64,000 nucleotides of DNA from Candidatus Krumholzibacteriota bacterium (GTDB lineage: Bacteria > Krumholzibacteriota > Krumholzibacteriia > JAJRXK01): positions 32,001 to 96,000 of the forward strand of contig CAVSGG010000001.1 of NCBI GenBank assembly GCA_963727455.1. The letters run 5' to 3'. Position 1 is the first letter of the stretch. Every line of letters begins with the position of its first letter. Below, in pieces: positions 1-7,720 of the stretch. Below the pieces are notes generated by a model. That model was not told the origin of the DNA. It saw only the letters and a list, made by a program, of their open reading frames with translations, and ran no database searches. Made by a program: the position numbers and the translations under genes.

Positions 1-2
1 CC

Positions 3-2051
3 GGAGTCTCCGTGTACCAATGTGAGAGCGGTTGTACCTCAAGCACCTTCACCAGTGTTGCGATCAACGACAACAGCTTCTCGGGAAATACAGACGGAGT
101 TTGGAGCAACCTCGACTATCTCACGGTCGACGCCACTTGCAACTGGTGGGGTGACGTGAGCGGTCCGGCCGCCACCACTCCTCTGAACGCGGGAACCGGC
201 GACGCGGTCGAAGGGGACGTCACCTACTGGCCGTGGCTGGACGGCGACATCACGGGTACGCCCAGCTGCAGCGTCTTTCCCAACACTTTCGCGGTCGAGC
301 CGCCCAGTGGTGTGGAGATCACGCCGTGTGCTCCCTGTCTCACCGTGCCGGTGGTCCTCCACCGTAGCGACAGCACCCCCATCCGCGGCTTCAGCATCAC
401 CTTCGAGCTCAGCTCGGAGTTGCAGCTGTGCGGTAGCGGAATCGTTCCCAGCTATGGTACCGATAGCTGGGTCAATGGCTTCAGCAGCGGCGACGTTCAG
501 GACTTCGTTCTGGACCACGGAGACGGCACCTACACCGTCGATCGTTCCATTTTGGGAAGCGCCTGCGGCTCGGACCAGGAAGGAGATGCGTTTACCGTCG
601 ACGTGGCTTCCACCCTCGGAAGTGCCAGCGGGACGGGGACCATCACCATCCTCAGCGTAATCGTGCGTGACTGTGACAACGGCCCCTTGCCGGGCGGTTC
701 TGCCGGTGCGGCGACGATCGACATCGATGCCACCGCCCCCGATGCGGTCACCAGCCTGAGTGCTTCGCAGGTGAAGACCGGTAACGGCACGAACGGCACC
801 ACGAAGATCCATCTCGCCTGGACTGGTCCTACCGATCCGGATGCAACCACCATCACTCTGTACCGTAAGGGCTTCGGCCACTATCCCGAATATGACGATG
901 ACGGTGGCGCGGTGCCGAGCACTCCGGCCGACCCGTCGGCAGCCGCTGGCGACGGTTGGGGCATTGCGGCGACCCTGCCCGCCTCGGCCACCAGCTACGA
1001 CGACGAGCCCACGAACCGTGACTTCTGGTACTACGTGGCCTTCGTCGACGACGGCTGTAACCTCAGCCCGGTCTCCAACCAGACCGGCGGAACTCTCAAC
1101 TATCACCTCGGTGACGTTGCAGACGGAAGCCCTACTCCGGGCGCTGGAGACAACTCGGTCGCTACGATCGACATCTCCGCCCTGGGCGGCGGTTACGGCA
1201 CGAGCGAAGGAAATACCTACTACTCGAACTACCTCGATGTGGGACCGACCACCGACTACAGCGTCGATGCGCTGCCCACCACAGACAACGAGATCCAGTT
1301 CGAAGACCTGATGATGTTCGCCATCAACTACGGACAGGTGAGCAAGGGAACTCCTGCGCTTGCGGCCGCGGCCTTCAACGAAATCACGCTGAAGACCGTG
1401 CCCTTCGGAGATGATGGTCTCTCGGTGGAGATCCACATGGCCGGCGACGGGACCCTGCAGGGCGTACACGTACCGCTGCAGTGGAATGCGAACGCGCTGC
1501 GGCCGGTCGCGATGCGCGAAGGTTCCTTGATGGCCAAACAGGGCCGCACCGCCATGGTGCTTTCCGCCAAGCCGGGAGAGGTCGACGCGGCCGTCTTCGG
1601 GAAGGGCGCGGGCATTTCGGGTGAGGCGCTCCTGGCGGTCATCGACTTCCGTCGCATCGGGGATGGGGATCCCGGGATCACTCCCGGTGAGATCGTCGCC
1701 CGCGACGAACTCAACCACGAGCAGCCCATCAACGGTACTCTCGTCAGTGGCAGTGCGAATACGGCTCTTCCCAGCCGTACCGTGCTCAACGCGAACTACC
1801 CGAATCCCTTCAATCCCAAGACCACGCTGAGCTTCACCCTGGCCAAGGCCGGCCACGTGAGCTTGCGGATCTACTCGATTGGCGGGCGCAGTGTGGCCAC
1901 GCTCGCGAGCGGGGAGATGAGCGCCGGCCCGCACGAGATTCAGTGGACGGGGATGGACGACCACGGCAAGTCCGTGAGCTCGGGAACCTATCTCGTACGA
2001 TTGGTCGCCCCGGACGTCTCGACCAGTCAACGAATCACACTCTTGAAGTAA
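3..2051 (+). CDS. Large secreted multidomain protein, 5'-truncated: beta-helix end, cohesin-like, FN3-like, dockerin-like, second cohesin-like and C-terminal FlgD-Ig/T9SS-like tail
   Basis: Open from the window edge. Motifs: DATCNWWG (beta-helix cap); TVPVVL..IRGFSITF and LQGVHVPLQWNANAL (cohesin-like); GDVADG..DNSVATIDI and DNEIQFEDLMMFAINYG (dockerin/EF-hand-like); LNANYPNPFNPKTT..WTGMDDHGKSVSSGTYLVRL (tail). Confidence 0.75.
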   Translation, partial: GVSVYQCESGCTSSTFTSVAINDNSFSGNTDGVWSNLDYLTVDATCNWWGDVSGPAATTPLNAGTGDAVEGDVTYWPWLDGDITGTPSCSVFPNTFAVEPPSGVEITPCAPCLTVPVVLHRSDSTPIRGFSITFELSSELQLCGSGIVPSYGTDSWVNGFSSGDVQDFVLDHGDGTYTVDRSILGSACGSDQEGDAFTVDVASTLGSASGTGTITILSVIVRDCDNGPLPGGSAGAATIDIDATAPDAVTSLSASQVKTGNGTNGTTKIHLAWTGPTDPDATTITLYRKGFGHYPEYDDDGGAVPSTPADPSAAAGDGWGIAATLPASATSYDDEPTNRDFWYYVAFVDDGCNLSPVSNQTGGTLNYHLGDVADGSPTPGAGDNSVATIDISALGGGYGTSEGNTYYSNYLDVGPTTDYSVDALPTTDNEIQFEDLMMFAINYGQVSKGTPALAAAAFNEITLKTVPFGDDGLSVEIHMAGDGTLQGVHVPLQWNANALRPVAMREGSLMAKQGRTAMVLSAKPGEVDAAVFGKGAGISGEALLAVIDFRRIGDGDPGITPGEIVARDELNHEQPINGTLVSGSANTALPSRTVLNANYPNPFNPKTTLSFTLAKAGHVSLRIYSIGGRSVATLASGEMSAGPHEIQWTGMDDHGKSVSSGTYLVRLVAPDVSTSQRITLLK

Positions 2052-2062
2052 GTCTGCTCACA

Positions 2063-2091
2063 GGGGGAATCCGCCACGCGCGGATTCCCCC
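2063..2091 (+). terminator. Intergenic hairpin (terminator or mRNA-stabilising stem)
   Basis: 12-bp perfect stem GGGGGAATCCGC/GCGGATTCCCCC just after the stop codon, with no U-tract. Confidence 0.5.
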
Positions 2092-2106
2092 CCGAGGAGT
2101 TTCGGT

Positions 2107-3084
2107 ATGCGACCTAACACCAACTTGGGCTTGAAGCCATTTCTGCTAGCTCTGTTCATGGGTTGTCTCGTCGGGTGGAGTCTTCCCGCCTCAGCCCAGG
2201 TGCCATTGGGACCGCAACCAGCGGTTGACCGCTTTTACTGCGAGGAGATCCTGGTGGTCTCTTTCAATGTCGGCATGGTCCATGACCTGCGCGGGATGAG
2301 CTTGGATCTGGGATTCGATCCCGCGGTCATCTCTCCGCTCGCGGTGCTCGCCGGTGACTTCGTGAACTCGGCGGCATGCGGCTCGTTCGTGCAGTGGTTG
2401 AATCCCAATCCGGGGGAAAATCACCTCTCGATCGATCTCGCCATGCTCGGCTGCTCGCTCAATGGGAGCGGCGAGCTCTTGAAGATCCAATTCGCGGGTG
2501 TTGCCAACGGCTCGAGTCCTCTCGAGGTAAACTCGGTCGAGTTGCGTGACGGACAGAATCATGTCATCCCGTCCCTGCCCGTGAACTCCGCGGTCGAGTA
2601 TCGCTGTCCCCGGCCGGGGATGCTGAGCTTTGTTCCCGATGACGGCAGCTTCGGTTGTGGAGAGGACCTCGCGGTGGATGTTGTGATCGACGACGCCATC
2701 CTCGATCTCCGCGGCTTCTCGCTGATATTGTCCTTCGACAATTCGGTCGTGCACCCGATCTCGGTGAGCGCGGGGGCGCTGGTGAGCGGTGCCTCCTGCC
2801 CCTACTACCTGAACTGGCTCAACCCAGGACCCACAGAATCCACGATCGCGGTGGATGCTGCCAACCTCGGCTGCGCCATCGACGGCCCGGGGGCGATCCT
2901 GCACCTGGTGTTCGAGGGAGTTCTCCAGGGAATCAGCCCACTGGACTGTGTGTCTCTGATCTTCCGCGACGGCCAGAACCATCCCATCGCCATGGAATGC
3001 GCTCCCGCGACACTGGAGTACCGCTGTCCCGTGGCGGACGAATCCACAGGATGGGGAGCGTGGAAGGCGAGGTACGGAGACTGA
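2107..3084 (+). CDS. Secreted protein with two tandem cohesin-like domains and a C-terminal WG-K motif
   Basis: Signal peptide ending ASA-Q; two repeats of DLRG.SL.L.FD..V..P..V.AG...LRDGQNH.I...EYRCP; ends TGWGAWKARYGD; SD GAGGAG. Confidence 0.8.
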   Translation: MRPNTNLGLKPFLLALFMGCLVGWSLPASAQVPLGPQPAVDRFYCEEILVVSFNVGMVHDLRGMSLDLGFDPAVISPLAVLAGDFVNSAACGSFVQWLNPNPGENHLSIDLAMLGCSLNGSGELLKIQFAGVANGSSPLEVNSVELRDGQNHVIPSLPVNSAVEYRCPRPGMLSFVPDDGSFGCGEDLAVDVVIDDAILDLRGFSLILSFDNSVVHPISVSAGALVSGASCPYYLNWLNPGPTESTIAVDAANLGCAIDGPGAILHLVFEGVLQGISPLDCVSLIFRDGQNHPIAMECAPATLEYRCPVADESTGWGAWKARYGD

Positions 3085-3110
3085 ATCGACGGCAATGGGC
3101 GCCGCCGCAC

Positions 3111-4673
3111 TCAGTGCGCCATTCCCCCGCCTTTTCCCGTAGAGCCGCGCAGCAGCAAAAGGAAAGGCAAGAAGATCGCGAACACGAAGAGCACCATGAA
3201 GAACACGTCGTCGTAACCGCGCACGTAGGCCTGCTGTTGCACCTGCATCCCCAGAATCCGCCAACTCTTGGCGGAACCTCCACCGCCTGCCAGAAGATCG
3301 TGGATGGGTGCGCTTGAACCCGTAGTGGCGCGAGTGAGTTCGGTCAGCCTCTCCTGAAGAAGCAGATTCCCCGGCTGAAAGTTCGTGCTCAGCCACGCGT
3401 GATAGGCCTGCGCGTGCCTCGCGAGTACCGTCGAGGACAGAGCAATTCCAATCGAACCCCCTTCGTTGCGCAGGAGGTTGAAGAGCCCGGTAGCCTGTCC
3501 GATTTGCTCCTGGCGCAACCTGGCGAACGCCGCGGTAGTCAGCGGCACGAAGAGAAAGCCCATTCCAAAGCCCTGAAGCATCCGTCCCCAGGTGAGATAC
3601 CAGAAGTTCACGCCGAGATACACGCTGCGCAGAAGCCACATGGACAGAATGTTCATGACCACCCCCACCACGAGCAGCAGGCGCGTGTCCACGCGTCCCA
3701 CCAAGGGCCCCACGATCGCCATGGAGAGAAGCGACATCAGGCCTCCGGGAGACAACATCAATCCAGCCCAAGTGGCGGTATACCCCAAGAGCTTTTGCGC
3801 GAAAAGGGGCAGCATGGTGAAGGAGCCGTAGAGCCCGAATCCGAGCAGGAACATCAGCAGGGTGCCGGTGGCAAACTCCCTGCTCTTGAAGACGCGGAGA
3901 TCCACGAGCGGACGCTTGGTGGTGAAGGAGCGCCACACGAAGAGCGCGAGGCCGAGCAGGGAGATCAGCGCGTAGATTTGGATACGAGGGCTGTGAAACC
4001 AATCGTATCGCTCCCCGCGGTTGAGAAGGATCTCGAGAAATCCCAGTCCCATCGCGATGTAAAGGAAGCTGCTGAAATCGATGCGGCCCTCCGGCTTCTT
4101 CAGGTAAGGAGGATCGGTGATGAAGAGATAGCCAAGGAGGATCCCCAAGAGTCCCAGGGGGGCGTTGATATAAAACACCCAACGCCAACCCACGCTATCC
4201 GTGATCCAGCCTCCCAGGGTGGGGCCCACGATCGGCCCGAAGATGACTCCGACTCCGAAGAGAGCCATCGCCTTGCCGTGCTCTTCTTTGGGAAAGGTCT
4301 CCAGCAAAATGGCTTGTGACATCGGAACCATCGCGCCGCCGGCCAATCCCTGGAGCACGCGCATCCCAACGAGCATGGGCATCGACAGGGCGGCGCCCGA
4401 ACCGACCGAGGCCACGGTGAACGCGGCCAGGGCGGTGAGGTAGGCGCGCTTGCGTCCAAACCAGTTCCCGAGCCAGCCGCTCAAGGGAAGAATGACCGCG
4501 TTGGCCACCAGATACGAAGTGAGGACCCAGGTCACTTCGTCCTGACCCGCCGAGAAGGTCCCCTGCATGTGGGGCAGAGCGACGTTGGCGACGGAGGTGT
4601 CGATCACTTCCATCAGAGTACCCAACATCACCGTTGCCGCGATGAGGTACTTGCTGACCGGCCGGTCGTTCAC
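3111..4673 (-). CDS. emrB: DHA2 family MFS multidrug efflux permease (EmrB/QacA-like)
   Basis: MEVIDTSVANVALPHMQG, WVLTSYLVANA and GPTLGGWITD..WRWVFYIN motifs; many TM segments. Confidence 0.92.
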   Translation of the reverse strand: MNDRPVSKYLIAATVMLGTLMEVIDTSVANVALPHMQGTFSAGQDEVTWVLTSYLVANAVILPLSGWLGNWFGRKRAYLTALAAFTVASVGSGAALSMPMLVGMRVLQGLAGGAMVPMSQAILLETFPKEEHGKAMALFGVGVIFGPIVGPTLGGWITDSVGWRWVFYINAPLGLLGILLGYLFITDPPYLKKPEGRIDFSSFLYIAMGLGFLEILLNRGERYDWFHSPRIQIYALISLLGLALFVWRSFTTKRPLVDLRVFKSREFATGTLLMFLLGFGLYGSFTMLPLFAQKLLGYTATWAGLMLSPGGLMSLLSMAIVGPLVGRVDTRLLLVVGVVMNILSMWLLRSVYLGVNFWYLTWGRMLQGFGMGFLFVPLTTAAFARLRQEQIGQATGLFNLLRNEGGSIGIALSSTVLARHAQAYHAWLSTNFQPGNLLLQERLTELTRATTGSSAPIHDLLAGGGGSAKSWRILGMQVQQQAYVRGYDDVFFMVLFVFAIFLPFLLLLRGSTGKGGGMAH

Positions 4674-5701
4674 GGCTTCTCCGTGAATTCACTCGTGTCC
4701 ACGGTCACGACCGCGGAAAGGCCCAGGCGCAAACGGCATCCGTTCACGCTGCTATCGTCCAAGGCGATGCGCACCGGGAGGCGCTGCACCACCTTTACCC
4801 AGTTCCCGCTCGCGTTTTCTGGAGGAAGCAGGGAAAAGGCCGCGCCCGTCCCCGCGCTGATCGCTTCGACCTTGCCCTTCAACTCGTAACCCTTGTTGCT
4901 GTCGATGTGGATCGTCGCGGGATCTCCCGGGCGGATGCGGCGCAGCTGGGTCTCCTTGAAGTTCGCGTCGACCCAGAGGTGTCCTGCATCCAGGGGAACC
5001 ACCTGGCACAGGGGCTGACCCGTCGCCACTACCTGTCCCGACTGGGCGGACTTGTCGGCCAGCATGCCTTGGCAGGGCGCGACGATGGTGCAGTAGGACC
5101 TTCGGAGCAGCGCAGTATCATGGGCGGCCCCTGCCTTCTGCAGCTCGCGGCGCGAGACTTCCAACTTGGCCTTGGCCGCCTCGAGTCCTTTCCGCATGGC
5201 TTCCAGGCGTGCCTGCGCCACCTCGGCCTGCGTCTTCACCTCGCTGAAGCGGTGCTGCGGTACCGATCCGCGCTCGCTCAGCTCTGCGTAGCGTTGGCGG
5301 TCGGCATTGCTCAGTTCGCTCTCGCTCTGTGCTGCAGCGATCTCCGCACGCGCTTGGGCCACGCCCGCCTCGTCCAGGGCGAGGGTGGCTTTGGCTTTTT
5401 CCACCTTGGCTTCACTCTCCGCTACCGCTTGGTCGAAGTCTCGCGGATCGAGGCGAAAGAGCACTTGCCCCTCCTTCACTTGCTCGTTTTCGCCGACCAG
5501 GACATTCTGAATGGTCCCTGGAACCCGGCTGGCGACGGTGCTCACGTCACCGCCCACGTAGGCATTGTCGGTCGTGGGAAAGATTTGTCCGTGGTGCCAG
5601 TGTCTCCATCCCAGGGCGACGACCACGAGCGCGAACAAGATGATTGTGAGCAATCCGATCGTTCTGCGTTTCATCTCAGTGTGCTCCTCGTCTTGCGACA
5701 T
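4670..5701 (-). CDS. emrA: HlyD/EmrA family membrane fusion protein
   Basis: TDNAYV, WVDANFKETQL and FSLLPPENASGNWVKVVQRLPVRI motifs. Confidence 0.92.
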   Translation of the reverse strand: MSQDEEHTEMKRRTIGLLTIILFALVVVALGWRHWHHGQIFPTTDNAYVGGDVSTVASRVPGTIQNVLVGENEQVKEGQVLFRLDPRDFDQAVAESEAKVEKAKATLALDEAGVAQARAEIAAAQSESELSNADRQRYAELSERGSVPQHRFSEVKTQAEVAQARLEAMRKGLEAAKAKLEVSRRELQKAGAAHDTALLRRSYCTIVAPCQGMLADKSAQSGQVVATGQPLCQVVPLDAGHLWVDANFKETQLRRIRPGDPATIHIDSNKGYELKGKVEAISAGTGAAFSLLPPENASGNWVKVVQRLPVRIALDDSSVNGCRLRLGLSAVVTVDTSEFTEKP

Positions 5702-7553
5702 CCGCGTAGAACTCGGCCGGATCTTCTCCCGCCGTGACCAAGAGTCGCGCCTGATTCCAGTAGCTTTGGTAGTGTCGCGTGATCACCGTGTAACGGCTGT
5801 CCGCGAGAAGGACCTCTGCGTCCAGAACGTCGCTGGAACGCGCCAAACCCGAGCGGTACTGATCTTCCACGATCTGGAGGTTCGTGCGCGCCGCGCGAAC
5901 GTTGTCCTGCGCGGTCGCTTCTTCCCGCAGAGATTGCTTCCACTGCCGCCAGGCCGAGTCCACCGCAACACTCACCCCGCGGCTCACGTCCTTCAGACCC
6001 TGCGTGGCGCGCGCAATTTCGGCCTGAGCCTTTGCGATCTTGGCCTTGCGAGCGCCACCCTCGAACAGATTCCAGCTCATCCCCGCCACCACGGCGTTGA
6101 CGTGCGGGTACGCCATGTAACGGTTTTCTTCGTAACTATGACCGAGACTCAAGTAGATTTCGGGCCAGTACTCGCGGTGTGCGAGCCGTTCTCTCGTACG
6201 CGCCTCCTGCAAGCGCGCCCTGAGGGTTTGCAAGTGTGGGTTTTGGTCGCTCGCGGCGCGAATCAACCCGTCGCACGAAGCATCGAGCATCGGGGCCGGA
6301 CCCAAGGAATCCGGGAGGCTCAGCTCGGCGGAGATTTCACGCCCCAAGATTCGGTTGAGGTCTTGGGTGGCCGAGACGCGCGCGTCCTTCAACTCCTGCA
6401 CCGCATCGTCGATCTCGCGCTCACGCACTTGCGTCTCCAGCAGGTCATTGCGCGCCACCAAACCCTGATCGTACAGGTCCTGGGCAACTTTGCGGTGCGC
6501 GGATACTGCGGCGTGCCGTTGCCTGAGGACGGCGGTCTGGTCCTGCAATCGCAGAACCTGGAGATACGCTGACAGGGCGTCGAGTTGGGCCTGGCGAATG
6601 GAGGCCCAACTCGAAGCTTCGCTCGCCTTCGCACTCTGTCTGGCGGCCTCGACCGAAAGCTTGCGCCGCCCCCCATTGAAGAGGGTCTCCTTCAGGTGGA
6701 TTCCGTAAGCTGCGTTGCTCTTCTGTGCAAAGGGAAAACGCTCGCTTCCGAAAACTGCCTCCACCGGATTGTCGCGTACGGTGTACGAGGCGTCCGCGTC
6801 GATCCGTGGCCACCAGGAAGCTGTGGCGCCTCGAATCTCGGCCTGGGCCTGGAGCGAATCGAAGGGTGCGACGCGTGCGGCGAGAGAATGACGCTCGGCC
6901 AGAACGAGAACCCGGGGCAGTGTCATGAGGGTGTCCGCCCCAGCGGCCTTGGCCAGCGTCACTTCCTGTTGGCTGGCCTCGTTGGGGCCCTGGCTCGCTC
7001 CGAGATGGAGAGTTTCCGCCCGCGTGCCGCGCGCCGCGAAGAAGAGGATTGCGGCCAACAAGATCCAGAGGTGCTTGGCCCTTCCGTGCTTGCTGGGGCA
7101 CGGTCCTCTGTCGCGTTCGACGCTTTCCATCGCGTTGGTCGCCATGCGACTGAGTAGAAGTCCCACTTCCTTTCGCTGCGCGGCGGTAAATCCCTCGGTG
7201 AGAACCCGGTTCCACGACTGCAAGTCCTCTACGATACGCGGCCATCGGCGCCGCGCCTTGGCGGTGAGGAGGATGCGGCGAGCCCTGGCATCCCCGCGAT
7301 TCGCGAGGCGCCGCACATAGCCTTCCCGCTCGAGCGTGCTCAAGGACCGGGTGGTGGCACCGCGATCCATGTGGAGACGGGCTGCGAGTTCCTCTTGGGA
7401 AATGTCGTCCCCCTCCCGGACGAGCGTTCCCAAGAAAAAGAGGTGGTTCTTTCCTATGCCATGCGGGCGCAGGCGTCTCCGTGCAAAGCGGCTGGCGCAG
7501 CGATCGATGATGGAAATCCAGCGTCCGAGCGACTCTTCCGGCTTGTAGTCCAT
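5676..7553 (-). CDS. MarR family regulator fused in frame to a TolC family outer membrane efflux protein
   Basis: aa 1-140 MarR wHTH (SQEELAARLHMDRGATTRSLSTLEREGYVRR..DAR); internal signal-like segment; TolC repeats (WWPRIDADASY, LFNGG, LFEGG, YRSGLARSSDVLDAE); SD AGGAG. Confidence 0.85.
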   Translation of the reverse strand: MDYKPEESLGRWISIIDRCASRFARRRLRPHGIGKNHLFFLGTLVREGDDISQEELAARLHMDRGATTRSLSTLEREGYVRRLANRGDARARRILLTAKARRRWPRIVEDLQSWNRVLTEGFTAAQRKEVGLLLSRMATNAMESVERDRGPCPSKHGRAKHLWILLAAILFFAARGTRAETLHLGASQGPNEASQQEVTLAKAAGADTLMTLPRVLVLAERHSLAARVAPFDSLQAQAEIRGATASWWPRIDADASYTVRDNPVEAVFGSERFPFAQKSNAAYGIHLKETLFNGGRRKLSVEAARQSAKASEASSWASIRQAQLDALSAYLQVLRLQDQTAVLRQRHAAVSAHRKVAQDLYDQGLVARNDLLETQVREREIDDAVQELKDARVSATQDLNRILGREISAELSLPDSLGPAPMLDASCDGLIRAASDQNPHLQTLRARLQEARTRERLAHREYWPEIYLSLGHSYEENRYMAYPHVNAVVAGMSWNLFEGGARKAKIAKAQAEIARATQGLKDVSRGVSVAVDSAWRQWKQSLREEATAQDNVRAARTNLQIVEDQYRSGLARSSDVLDAEVLLADSRYTVITRHYQSYWNQARLLVTAGEDPAEFYADVARRGAH

Positions 7554-7567
7554 CGGCGACTCCTATG

Positions 7568-7595
7568 GTTGCAATTGCAATCAATGCGCGGCAAC
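7568..7595. promoter_or_regulatory. Candidate MarR operator
   Basis: Palindrome TTGCAATTGCAA (7569-7580) plus a further GCAAC half-site at 7591-7595, immediately upstream of the marR RBS. Confidence 0.55.
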
Positions 7596-7651
7596 TTAGG
7601 AACAGGCGACGAAACTGTCAAGCGATGAGCTTCCGGGGGGGAACGGGCGAG

Positions 7652-7684
7652 AAAAAGGCCCGGCGCGCTTGCGCGCACCGGGCC
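7652..7684 (-). terminator. Rho-independent terminator of the cytochrome gene
   Basis: GC-rich hairpin GGCCCGG...CCGGGCC followed by T5 on the minus strand. Confidence 0.55.
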
Positions 7685-7720
7685 CCGCGAGGCATCGATT
7701 CTGCCTTGCTGTCCAAAGCG

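Noticed and set aside
39-2030. Long antisense ORFs (also 2191-4188, 8357-9949, 27660-28907, 34134-35990, 41894-43345, 56796-58253)
   Set aside because: Shadow ORFs opposite well-supported genes; expected in high-GC DNA and lacking recognisable motifs.
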